Below, one piece after another: positions 11,151 to 20,022 of a stretch of DNA of 64,000 nucleotides. This stretch comes from Aphanothece sp. (GTDB taxonomy: Bacteria; Cyanobacteriota; Cyanobacteriia; PCC-6307; Cyanobiaceae), in the NCBI GenBank assembly GCA_040373885.1, contig JBEIVL010000001.1, positions 14,780 through 78,779 on the forward strand. Reading direction: 5' to 3'. The first letter of the stretch is position 1. Each line of letters opens with the position of its first letter. Both the position numbers and the translations under genes were made by a program. The notes beneath the pieces were generated by a model. It had not been told where the DNA came from. It did not search any database and saw only the letters and a list, made by a program, of their open reading frames with translations.

Positions 11151-11372
11151 CGTGCTCCCCATCCCAAAACCCAGTTAACAATAAAGAAAAAATTCTTACA
11201 GTTTTGTGATTTAAGAAACCAGGGCGCTATCGCTATAAAAAGACCCATTGATTTTGATGCGTTTCCCTGCTCTCGCTACATCGGGGGGTTTCACAGGGAC
11301 AGATCCCTCCGGTCCCCAGGAGCATCGGCCTGTCGGTGCGTAGCTTCGGCAGCAACGCTTTGGGGTGCGTGA

Positions 11373-12422
11373 ATGGCTTCACCGCGATTGGCTACCGATG
11401 TACTGATCTGCGGGTACTACGGCGAGCACAACCTTGGCGATGACGCCCTGCTGGCGGTTTTGCTGGACCAGCTGCCCCGGGGCTGCCGGCCCGTGGTCAC
11501 CGCCCGCGACCAGGAGCAGGTGCGTCAGCGTTTTGGCGTGGCGACCACCGATCGCACCCGCTTGGGCGGAGTGCTGCAAGCTCTACGCGCTTGCGATGCC
11601 CTGGTGTTGGGAGGCGGCAGTCTGCTGCAGGACGCCACCAGCCTGCGCAGCCTCATCTATTACGTGGTGCTGATGGCCGCGGCCCGTCTGCAGGGCAAAC
11701 CGGTGCTGCTGTGGGCCCAGGGGCTGGGACCCCTGCGGCGGCGGCGCAGTCAGGCCCTGGTGCGGGCGTTGCTGCCCCAGGCGACGGCGATCAGCTGGCG
11801 CGATGGGGCCTCAGCCGCCCTGGCTCGCCGTTGGGGGGTGGAGGCTCGGGTCGGCAGTGATCCGGTCTGGTCCATGGAGCGGCGCGGACCTTGGCAGGGG
11901 ATCGGAGGGCCGATTGTGCTGTGCTGGCGGCCGGTCTCTCACCTTTCGGCGCAAGGTTGGGCCACCCTTTTGGAGGCCCTGGCCCGGCTCGCCCCCGATC
12001 GCCCCGTGCTTTGGCTGCCCTTCCACCAGGAGCAGGACCGAGGCCTCTTGCAGGAGCTTGATCAGCAGGGGCTGGTGCCCGAGGTCCTGCGCCAGCGCAG
12101 CTCGGAAGTGCATGTGGCCGATCCCCGGGAGGCGCTTGACCTGTTTGCCGGTGCGGGGCTGGTGCTGGCGATGCGGCTGCACGGCCTGATCCTGGCGGCC
12201 CTGGCCGGCAGCCCCTGCGCCGCCCTCAGCTACGACCCCAAGGTGTCGGCGGCGGCGGCGGCCATCGGCTGCGGCGATCAGGATCTGGCCCAGCCCCTGC
12301 AGGTCGATCGGCTGCTGCTGCAATGGCAGGCCGCCCTCGACCAGCCCCCTGACCCAGCCGCGATCGAGGCCCAGAGGGCCCTGAGCCGGATCCACCAGGA
12401 GGTGCTGCTGGTGGCGCCATGA
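11373..12422 (+). CDS. csaB: Polysaccharide pyruvyl transferase CsaB
   Basis: GYYGEHNLGDDALL, GGGSLLQDATSLRSLIYY, WAQGLGPL, MRLHGLI, SYDPKV. Confidence 0.93.
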   Translation: MASPRLATDVLICGYYGEHNLGDDALLAVLLDQLPRGCRPVVTARDQEQVRQRFGVATTDRTRLGGVLQALRACDALVLGGGSLLQDATSLRSLIYYVVLMAAARLQGKPVLLWAQGLGPLRRRRSQALVRALLPQATAISWRDGASAALARRWGVEARVGSDPVWSMERRGPWQGIGGPIVLCWRPVSHLSAQGWATLLEALARLAPDRPVLWLPFHQEQDRGLLQELDQQGLVPEVLRQRSSEVHVADPREALDLFAGAGLVLAMRLHGLILAALAGSPCAALSYDPKVSAAAAAIGCGDQDLAQPLQVDRLLLQWQAALDQPPDPAAIEAQRALSRIHQEVLLVAP

Positions 12423-12705
12423 GGGGGGGGCTGCGCGTCTTATGGGGTTTCATGAGCCTGGAGGCGGGCGAATGCTGGTGGCCGAGCCGACTTGAGACGC
12501 GACTCCATCGCGACTCACCTGGTTCATTCGATCCCACCTGCCATGAGGGGGGGCCGGAGCTGGAACCAGAGAAAAGCCTTGGGCCCCTTCGGCTTAGCGC
12601 TCGCCCTCAAGCAAACTGGATCCCACCGCCTATCGGCCCCTGAGCCTTTGGTCCCGGCAACTCGCTCAAGAGCTGGACTCCCTGCCTAGGGAGCGCCGCA
12701 GGCTG

Positions 12706-14973
12706 TTGCGCACCTACCAGCCCGCAGGCAGCGGTGAACTGCGTCACCAGGGGCAGCCATCGGCAGATGCCGCCCTAGGGCACCCGCTGCTGGATCTGGC
12801 CAGCAATGACTACCTCGGTTTCAGCCGCCATCCGGCCGTGCTGGCCGCCGCCGCTGAGGAGTTGGCCGCCAGTGGTCTGGGGGCCGGGGCCTCCCGCCTG
12901 GTTTCCGGGACTCGACCGATCCACGGGCAACTGGAACAGAAACTGGCGAAGTGGCTTGGGCGCGACACGGTGCTGTTGTTCCCCAGCGGTTTCCAGGCCA
13001 ATCTCGCCGCCTTGGTGGCCCTCGCCGATCGCCACACCCTGGTGCTGGCCGATCGCCACTGCCACCATTCGCTGCTGCTGGGGGTGCGAGCCAGCGGGGC
13101 CCGCTTGCAGCGCTTCGCCCCCAACGATCTGGACGACCTGGAGCGGCGCCTGGTGGGCGCCCACCAGGCCCCTGCCGGTCCACCTCGGCGAGTGCTGGTG
13201 GTGAGCGAAACCCTGTTCAGCATGGAGGGAACCAGCCCGCACGTGGCCGCCATGGAGGCCCTGTGCCGCCGCTTTGAGGCCCTGTTGCTGCTCGATGAGG
13301 CCCATGCCCTCGGGGTGCTCGGGCCCGGGGGCCGCGGCCTGGCCTGGGGGCTGAAGGGCGTCACCCTGATCAGTGGCACCTTCGGTAAGGCCTTCGGCAG
13401 CGGTGGTGCCTTTCTGGCTGCCGATGGGGATCTGGGGGAATGGCTGCTGCAGCACTGCGGCGGCTTCCGTTACACCACTGCCCTGGCCCCCGCCCTGGCG
13501 GCCGGTGCCCAGGCAGCCCTGGGCCTGTTGATCGCCCAGCCCCAGCTCTCGGCCGAACTGCTGGGGTTGAGTGGGCGCTGGCGGGACGCTCTGGAGGCCT
13601 CCGGTTGGCCCCGTCCCCCCGGCGATGGGCCGATCCTGCCGTTGCTGGTGGGTGGCGATGGGGCGGCCCTGGACCTGCAACAGCGCCTGGAACACGCCGG
13701 TCTGCTGGGGGTGGCGATCCGCCCGCCCACCGTGCCGGAAGGCAGCAGCCGTCTGCGCTTGGTGGTGCGCCATGGGCTGCCGCCCAGCACCCTCGAGACG
13801 CTACTGGCGGCCCTTGGACCGGGTCCCCTGATCGCTGCCATCGACAGCACTACCCCCGCTGTCTGCGCCTTCGACGCCATGACGGCCACAAGGACAGCCA
13901 CCGCCGTCGGCTCTTCCGAGGCAACGACGGCCATCTCCGGAGCCACTGGCACCTCCTCAACCACCGAGACCTCCCCAGTCACTGCGGCCGCCAACATCAC
14001 AACCCACCTCCCCCTTCGCGCCGACACAGCTCTGTGCACCTGCGACGCAACAACCGCCAGCTCCGCCACTCCAACCACCTCAGCAACGATCGAAGCCTCC
14101 GAAGCGATTGATCCCTCCACATCTGGCTCCACATCTGACAGCACCATCACCGCTTCCTCCATCACCCCCGCTCCCGCCAGTCCGGCCAATCCCTCCACCC
14201 CCCTCAGGGCCGATCTCTCCACCAAGGGCCCCGGCCAGGTTTCAGAACCCCCTGCCGAGATCATCGCCATGCACGGCTGGGCGGGAGATGGTGGCCACTG
14301 GCAGGCCTGGCAGCAGGCCGCCACCAGCCGCGGTTGGCGCCTCCAGGTGGGGGAAAGGGGCTATGGCCAGCGAATGGCGCAGCTGCCCCAGTGGTCCTCG
14401 CGCGGACGCAAGTGGCTCCTTTGCCATTCTTTGGGGGTGCATCTGGTGCCCCCCGAGCTCCTGGCCGCCAGCGATGCCGTGGTGTTGTTGGCCAGTTTTG
14501 GCCGATTCGTGCCGCCGGGACCCGAGGGGCGTTCCCTGCGCATCGCCCTGGCCGGCATGGCCGCCGAATTGCAGGAAACCGGCGATGAACGGCAGAGCGC
14601 CTTGAGGGCCCAGCAACTGCTGCGCCGTTTCCTCAGCAAGATCCAGGCCCCGGGTTTGGGGGATGGCGCCGGCGACGATGGCCTCCCGGGACCAGCCGAC
14701 CAACCGATCGGAGCCTTGGGCCGCGATCGCTTGCGGCGCGACCTGGAACTCCTCACCAGACTCACGGCCCTTCCCCCTTGCTTTCCACGACAGGTGCCCG
14801 TGTTGCTGGTGGAAGCGACCGACGATGCCATCGTTCATCCCGCAGCCCGGGATCGGCTGCGCCAGGATCTGCCGGAGGCCCGAGTGAGGGTGCTGGAAGG
14901 GCCCGGCCATGCCATGCGACACCCGGCATTGATCCCCATGGTGTTCGACTGGTTGGAGGATGGTGCGACGTGA
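12706..14973 (+). CDS. bioF: BioF (8-amino-7-oxononanoate synthase) fused via a low-complexity linker to an alpha/beta-hydrolase (BioK/BioH-type pimeloyl-ACP methyl esterase)
   Basis: BioF motifs DLASNDYLG, GAGASRLVSG, DEAH, GTFGKAFG, AIRPPTVPEGSSRLR; then T/S/A/P linker 13831-14256; then IIAMHGWAG, CHSLG, DDAIV, GPGHA. No in-frame stop. Confidence 0.88.
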   Translation: MRTYQPAGSGELRHQGQPSADAALGHPLLDLASNDYLGFSRHPAVLAAAAEELAASGLGAGASRLVSGTRPIHGQLEQKLAKWLGRDTVLLFPSGFQANLAALVALADRHTLVLADRHCHHSLLLGVRASGARLQRFAPNDLDDLERRLVGAHQAPAGPPRRVLVVSETLFSMEGTSPHVAAMEALCRRFEALLLLDEAHALGVLGPGGRGLAWGLKGVTLISGTFGKAFGSGGAFLAADGDLGEWLLQHCGGFRYTTALAPALAAGAQAALGLLIAQPQLSAELLGLSGRWRDALEASGWPRPPGDGPILPLLVGGDGAALDLQQRLEHAGLLGVAIRPPTVPEGSSRLRLVVRHGLPPSTLETLLAALGPGPLIAAIDSTTPAVCAFDAMTATRTATAVGSSEATTAISGATGTSSTTETSPVTAAANITTHLPLRADTALCTCDATTASSATPTTSATIEASEAIDPSTSGSTSDSTITASSITPAPASPANPSTPLRADLSTKGPGQVSEPPAEIIAMHGWAGDGGHWQAWQQAATSRGWRLQVGERGYGQRMAQLPQWSSRGRKWLLCHSLGVHLVPPELLAASDAVVLLASFGRFVPPGPEGRSLRIALAGMAAELQETGDERQSALRAQQLLRRFLSKIQAPGLGDGAGDDGLPGPADQPIGALGRDRLRRDLELLTRLTALPPCFPRQVPVLLVEATDDAIVHPAARDRLRQDLPEARVRVLEGPGHAMRHPALIPMVFDWLEDGAT

Positions 14974-15770
14974 AGACGGCGGCGGCCCTGACGAGCGATT
15001 TCAGCCAGCGGGTACGGGCCGGTTTCGCGCGCCGGGCCTCCCATTACGACAGCCAGGCCAGGCTGCAGCAGGCCGTGGCCTGGAGACTGGCCCGTTGGTG
15101 CCGCGATCTCCCCCTGCCCGCCGGCCCGGTGGCGGATCTGGGGGCCGGTAGCGGGCTGCTCAGTCGCACGCTGATGCAGCTCTGGCCGGCCCTTGCGGCT
15201 CGTCCTCCCCTGCAGTTGGACCACTGCCACGCGCTTCTGGCCCAAAACCCCTTGCTGCAGGGGGCCTTCCCTGCCCCCCAAAAGCTCTGGGACCTCAATG
15301 AAGGACTGCCCGTCGAGCTGGCGCAAGCCGCTCTGCTGGCCTCAAGTTTCGCCCTGCACTGGCTCGACCAGCCCGCCGCCCTGCTGGAGGGTTGGTGCGA
15401 TCGGCTGGCACCTGGTGGCTGGTTGTTGCTGGCCGTTCCAACCGCCGGCAGTTTTCCCCAATGGCGCCAGGCGGCGGCCGCGGCCACTGTGCCGTGCACC
15501 GCCCTGGACCTTCCCGAAGCCTCCGCGCTGCTGGCCTCGATCGGGGCCCGGGGCCTGCGACCCCATCGGCAGGCGCTTCAGCGTTTCAGCCAAGGGGGAG
15601 CTGACGGGCTCACAAGCCTGCGCCAGTTCAAATCGATCGGTGCCGGCACCAGCCACCAGGCCCCCCTATCGCTGGGGCAGTGGCGACGTTTACGGGCCCA
15701 CTGGCCGCTCCAGGGTGGCCTCAGTTGGGAGGTGTTGCTGGTGCTGGCCCGGAGAGAGCCATGCGGCTGA
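14970..15770 (+). CDS. bioC: BioC-like SAM-dependent methyltransferase
   Basis: GTG overlaps the upstream TGA; F..RASHYD..ARLQ, DLGAGSG, SSFALHW, LAPGG; biotin cluster context. Confidence 0.82.
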   Translation: MKTAAALTSDFSQRVRAGFARRASHYDSQARLQQAVAWRLARWCRDLPLPAGPVADLGAGSGLLSRTLMQLWPALAARPPLQLDHCHALLAQNPLLQGAFPAPQKLWDLNEGLPVELAQAALLASSFALHWLDQPAALLEGWCDRLAPGGWLLLAVPTAGSFPQWRQAAAAATVPCTALDLPEASALLASIGARGLRPHRQALQRFSQGGADGLTSLRQFKSIGAGTSHQAPLSLGQWRRLRAHWPLQGGLSWEVLLVLARREPCG

Positions 15771-16384
15771 TCGTCGCCGGCACCGACACCGATGTGGGCA
15801 AGACCGTGGTCAGCGCCCTACTGGTCCAAGGACTTGGGGCCCATTACTGGAAACCCGTTCAGAGCGGGCTGGCCGATGGCAGTGACAGCCAATGGGTGCA
15901 GGAGTGCCTGGGTCTGCCGCCGGATCGCCTCCTGCCGGAAAGCTACCGGCTGCAAGCCCCCGTTTCTCCGCATTGGGCCGCCGAACAGGAACGGGTGCTG
16001 ATCGACCCACAGCGGCTACTGCTGCCCGGCCCCGTCGAGCCCCTGGTGCTTGAAACGGCTGGGGGATTGATGACTCCCCTCGGCCGCCATTGGCTGCAGA
16101 TCGATCAGATCAGCCGCTGGGGCCTGCCCGTGCTGCTGGTCGCCCGCAGTGGCCTCGGCACCCTCAACCACACGTTGCTCAGTCTCGAAGCCTTGCGGCA
16201 TCGCTCCATTGAGGTGCTGGGGCTGGTGCTCAACGGCCCCCTGCATGCGGACAATCCGCGCACTCTCGCCGACCTGGGGCAAGTCCCCGTCCTGCTGCAG
16301 CTTCCCCGTCTCGATCCCCTCAATGCCGCTGCGCTGCAACGCTGTTGGCTGGAGAGCGACCTCTCCACTACCCTGTGCCCATGA
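15761..16384 (+). CDS. bioD: Dethiobiotin synthetase
   Basis: MRLIVAGTDTDVGKT, YWKPVQSG, ETAGG, GLGTLNHTLLS. Confidence 0.95.
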   Translation: MRLIVAGTDTDVGKTVVSALLVQGLGAHYWKPVQSGLADGSDSQWVQECLGLPPDRLLPESYRLQAPVSPHWAAEQERVLIDPQRLLLPGPVEPLVLETAGGLMTPLGRHWLQIDQISRWGLPVLLVARSGLGTLNHTLLSLEALRHRSIEVLGLVLNGPLHADNPRTLADLGQVPVLLQLPRLDPLNAAALQRCWLESDLSTTLCP

Positions 16385-16527
16385 CCAAGAAACACCTGCT
16401 GGTGAGCCTGGCTGTGGCCCTGGTGTGCAGCGGCATTCTGGTGGTGTTCACCGATATCGAAGCGAGCCTGCGAGGCTTGATTGTCTGCGGCCACCTCGCT
16501 CCGCAACGGCACGGCCGTTGCCCTTGA
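16381..16527 (+). CDS. Small (48 aa) single-TM protein coupled to bioD
   Basis: ATGA overlap with the bioD stop; MTKKHLLVSLAVALVCSGILVVFTDIE... Confidence 0.55.
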   Translation: MTKKHLLVSLAVALVCSGILVVFTDIEASLRGLIVCGHLAPQRHGRCP

Positions 16528-16539
16528 GACGTCGGTGCT

Positions 16540-16719
16540 TCAGGCCATGGAGCGCGCACGAATCGGGCAGTGACCAATGAGGGCGGAAACGTTTTGTTTG
16601 GCCATGGAAAGGGGCCAGCCTTGACGTAATTGTTCACGCATCAATTCGAGTTGCGAATGAGTCCAACCCTGTCGCTCAAGCATTACTCTGATCATTTGCC
16701 ATTGACCCTCAGCGAACAT
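16540..16719 (-). CDS. Small hypothetical protein (59 aa), opposite to the bio genes
   Basis: MFAEGQWQMIRVMLERQGWTHSQLELMREQLRQGWPLSMAKQNVSALIGHCP...; internal RQGW repeat. Confidence 0.5.
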   Translation of the reverse strand: MFAEGQWQMIRVMLERQGWTHSQLELMREQLRQGWPLSMAKQNVSALIGHCPIRARSMA

Positions 16720-16931
16720 GTCATTTCGAGGAGATCTATGACTGTTATGACTAGACGAAGTCGAGACAGGCGAGATGAAACGCTTCGAAGCGTAAGCCGA
16801 TCGTGAAGATTTCATGAAGCTAACGAGACAGGCGGGGATAACGGCCCTAGCGAGAAGCAAAAAGCGGGATCCGCCTGTCAGTGGCTTAATCATGCCGACG
16901 GTTTTCCGTTTTGGTTCCTAGTTGACTCGCC

Positions 16932-18233
16932 ATGACGAACTTTTCATCTTCTCTTTGGTATTCCGATTCTCTTTGGCATTCTCATCTTTGGCACCCGTTC
17001 ACCCAGGTGGCTACGGCCGATCCACCCCCACGGGTGGTGTCTGCGCGGGGCTCCCTGATCTATCTGGAGGATGGGACCCCTTTGATCGATGCCATCAGTA
17101 GTTGGTGGGTGACACTGCACGGTCATGCAGAACCCTCGATTGCCTCGGCAATCGCCCATCAGGCCGCCCTTTTGGAGCAGGTGATTTTCGCCAACTTTCG
17201 CCACATCGGCGCCGAACGTCTGGCCGAACGCCTCTGTGCGCATACGGGCCTGGATCGACTCTTTTTTTCAGACAACGGCTCCACCGCCGTTGAAGTGGCG
17301 CTCAAGATCGCCTGGCAGTGGTGGCACAACCGCGGCGAGCCCCGTTCCCAACTGATCGCCTTCGCTGGCGCCTACCACGGCGACACCTTTGGGGCGATGG
17401 CCGTCGGCGAGCGCTCGTTGTTCAGTGCTCCGTTTGATCCCCTTCTCTTTGATGTGGCCCGCGCTCCCTGGCCGGCCACCTGGTGGGGGGATGCCTCGGT
17501 GCAGGAGCGCGAAGACGATGCTTTGGCGGTTCTCGAGGACCTGTTGCAAACTCCAACCGCCGCAGTGATCCTGGAGCCTCTGCTGCAGGGGGCAGGCGGC
17601 ATGGCCATGGTCCGTCCCGCCTTTTTGCAGGCGGTGCAACGGTTGACGCGCCAGGCGGGGGCCCTACTGATTGCCGATGAAGTGCTCACTGGCTTTGGCC
17701 GCAGCGGCGCCCTGTTCGCCTGCCAACGGGCCGGCCTGACCCCCGACCTGATGGCCCTCTCCAAGGGGCTCACCGGTGGCTTCCTGCCGATGGGCGTGAC
17801 CCTGGCCCGGGAGTTTCTCTACGAGGGCTTCATCGGCAGCGATCCCAGCCTCACCCTGTTCCATGGCCACAGCTTCACCGCCAACCCCCTCGGCTGCGCC
17901 GCTGCCCTGGCCAGCCTGGACCTTCTGGAAGCCAGCCCGGAGCGCCATCAGGCCATGGAGTCGCGGCTGAAGCCCGGCCTGATGGCCCTTGCGAGTCACC
18001 CCAAGGTGCGGCGACCCCGCCAGCTCGGTGGCGTCGCCGCCTTCGATCTGATGGTCGAGGATCCCGGCTATCTCAATGGAGCTGGCCGGCGGCTGCAGCA
18101 ATTGGTGCAGCAGCAGGGCGTCTTTTTACGGCCCCTCGGATCGGTGGTGTACCTGCTGCCGCCGTTGAGCACGACCGACGCTCAACTGGATCAGTGCTTC
18201 AAGGCGATCACTGCGGCACTGGATCAACTCTGA
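16932..18233 (+). CDS. bioA: Adenosylmethionine-8-amino-7-oxononanoate aminotransferase
   Basis: LWHPFTQ, DAISSWWVTLHGH, DNGSTAVEVALK, YHGDTFGAM, DEVLTGFGRSG, SKGLTGG. Confidence 0.96.
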   Translation: MTNFSSSLWYSDSLWHSHLWHPFTQVATADPPPRVVSARGSLIYLEDGTPLIDAISSWWVTLHGHAEPSIASAIAHQAALLEQVIFANFRHIGAERLAERLCAHTGLDRLFFSDNGSTAVEVALKIAWQWWHNRGEPRSQLIAFAGAYHGDTFGAMAVGERSLFSAPFDPLLFDVARAPWPATWWGDASVQEREDDALAVLEDLLQTPTAAVILEPLLQGAGGMAMVRPAFLQAVQRLTRQAGALLIADEVLTGFGRSGALFACQRAGLTPDLMALSKGLTGGFLPMGVTLAREFLYEGFIGSDPSLTLFHGHSFTANPLGCAAALASLDLLEASPERHQAMESRLKPGLMALASHPKVRRPRQLGGVAAFDLMVEDPGYLNGAGRRLQQLVQQQGVFLRPLGSVVYLLPPLSTTDAQLDQCFKAITAALDQL

Positions 18234-18257
18234 GGCTTCAGGGAGCCGATCCAGCCT

Positions 18258-18527
18258 TCAAGGTCCGGCCAGGATCGCCGCCTCCACATCGGCGCGGGAA
18301 AGTCCGTAAGGGAAATGGCGCACCCTGCGTTGACCATCCTGCTGCCAGCTGACCCGCAGATCCTCCATGTCCAGTTCGATGCGGGCACTCCATTGGGGCC
18401 GATGCAGATCCCAGCTGGAAGGCCGTTGGCAGTCCTGATGGGCGCCGATCTGGCGCAGCCACTCCTCCAACGAGGGCAGGGGGTGGTTGTAGAGGGGCAT
18501 CTGCTCAGAGGGGAGCATCAACATCAA
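18258..18527 (-). CDS. DUF3143-like protein
   Basis: PLYNHPLPSLEEWL...FPYGLSRADVEAAILAGP. Confidence 0.82.
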   Translation of the reverse strand: MMLMLPSEQMPLYNHPLPSLEEWLRQIGAHQDCQRPSSWDLHRPQWSARIELDMEDLRVSWQQDGQRRVRHFPYGLSRADVEAAILAGP

Positions 18528-19065
18528 GAGGCGGATCGTTCAGGGCAGTCTGGGCATCGCTGGGGGCCAATGGTGTTTCAGCGACCGAAACGCCGCCGTC
18601 GACCCACCAGCTGGGTGGGTTGATCAGGGCGGCACCCCGGGCCCAGGCCACGCCAAGACCCAGCACCAGACTCAGGATCAAAGCGACGCCCAACAGCAGC
18701 AGGGCAAACCATTCACCGCCCGACAGGGCCCGGCGCACCGAAACCCTGCTGCCCCCTTCAGACCCAGGGGCAGAGCGGTGCAGTGGTGGCAGGGACGGAA
18801 CGGCCAACAGAGCCAGTTCGCGGTCGTAGGCCTGCCGGCGCATCGGATCGCTGAGGGTGGAGTAGGCCATCTGCAACCGGGCAAAGGCCGGTTGCGCCAC
18901 CTCCGGCGGCAACTGGGTGGTATCGGGGTGGTACAGCTTGCTGAGGTGACGAAACGCCTGGCGCAGTTCCTGAGGGGTTGCACCGCTGGGCAGATTCAGA
19001 TCTTGGTAGAAGGAGCCGCGCGGGGAATCGGAGGCCGACGACTCAGGCTTGGACGATGGGGCCAT
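18505..19065 (-). CDS. J-domain (DnaJ) membrane protein
   Basis: N-terminal J domain with YHPD; RRALSGGEWFALLLL TM segment. Confidence 0.85.
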   Translation of the reverse strand: MAPSSKPESSASDSPRGSFYQDLNLPSGATPQELRQAFRHLSKLYHPDTTQLPPEVAQPAFARLQMAYSTLSDPMRRQAYDRELALLAVPSLPPLHRSAPGSEGGSRVSVRRALSGGEWFALLLLGVALILSLVLGLGVAWARGAALINPPSWWVDGGVSVAETPLAPSDAQTALNDPPLDVDAPL

Positions 19066-19178
19066 GGCCCGAAAACGGCAGCGGCAGGACTCGCAAGGCG
19101 GGATCCTAGAAAGAACCTCCCATGCGGCTGTGGATGGTCAGCTGCCCTGAGCCTGTCAGATCGTCTGCGTCCGAGCCC

Positions 19179-19988
19179 ATGCCCCCCCCCTCTCCGCAGC
19201 GCGATCCCCAACAAGGATCCTCCTTGGTGCTTGATGCCCATGGCCTGCCAACTGCAGAGTTCTGGACCGAGCTGGGCTGGATGCCGGAGCCACGGCAGCT
19301 CGCCAGCCTGATGGCATTGCAGGAGCAGTTGCGGCACTGGAACACGCGCCTCAACCTGACGCGACTGGTGGAAGGCGACGACTTCTGGATTGCCCAGATC
19401 TTTGACAGCCTCTGGCCGTGGGTCCCGCTGCTCAACCCGCCCTCTCCCGAAGCGGTGCCCTTACGCCTCATCGACGTCGGCACGGGAGGTGGCTTCCCCG
19501 GATTGGCCATCGCCATCGCCCTGCCCCATGCCCAGATCACCCTGGTGGATTCAGTGGGTCGCAAAGTGGATGCGGTGAGATCCATGGCCGAGGCCCTGGG
19601 ATTGGGCGAGCGGGTGCATTTGCGCTGTGAGCGGGTGGAGCGCACCGGTCGAGCCTCCGATTGCCGCGGTCGCTTCGACTGGGCCATGGCCCGGGCCGTC
19701 GCCGCGGCGCCGGTGGTGGCCGAATATCTGGTGCCCCTGCTGGCTCCCGCAGGGCGGGCCCTGCTCTATCGGGGCCGTTGGGAGCCCGGCGACAGGGCCG
19801 ACCTGGAGCGGGCCTTGCCCCTGCTTCGGGCTGAGGTCGAAGCCGTCGATGGCCGTGAGCTGCCTGGGGAAAGAGGGGTGCGCCATGCCGTGCGGCTGCG
19901 GCCGTTGGCTGCCTGCCCCACCACCTATCCGAGGGCCGTTGGTGTGCCGCTCAAGGCGCCGATCGGCGCCATTGGGGGACAGCCCTGA
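19179..19988 (+). CDS. rsmG: 16S rRNA m7G527 methyltransferase RsmG (GidB)
   Basis: WNTRLNLT, IDVGTGGGFPGL, DSVGRKV, ARAVA, YPRAVGVP; start uncertain. Confidence 0.93.
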   Translation: MPPPSPQRDPQQGSSLVLDAHGLPTAEFWTELGWMPEPRQLASLMALQEQLRHWNTRLNLTRLVEGDDFWIAQIFDSLWPWVPLLNPPSPEAVPLRLIDVGTGGGFPGLAIAIALPHAQITLVDSVGRKVDAVRSMAEALGLGERVHLRCERVERTGRASDCRGRFDWAMARAVAAAPVVAEYLVPLLAPAGRALLYRGRWEPGDRADLERALPLLRAEVEAVDGRELPGERGVRHAVRLRPLAACPTTYPRAVGVPLKAPIGAIGGQP

Positions 19989-20022
19989 GCGATACGGGGT
20001 CGCGAGGGCGGGCGTTTCAGCT

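Noticed and set aside
13831-14256. bioF linker as an intein or mobile insertion
   Set aside because: No intein-like C/S...HN termini, terminal inverted repeats or target duplication seen; simple low-complexity composition
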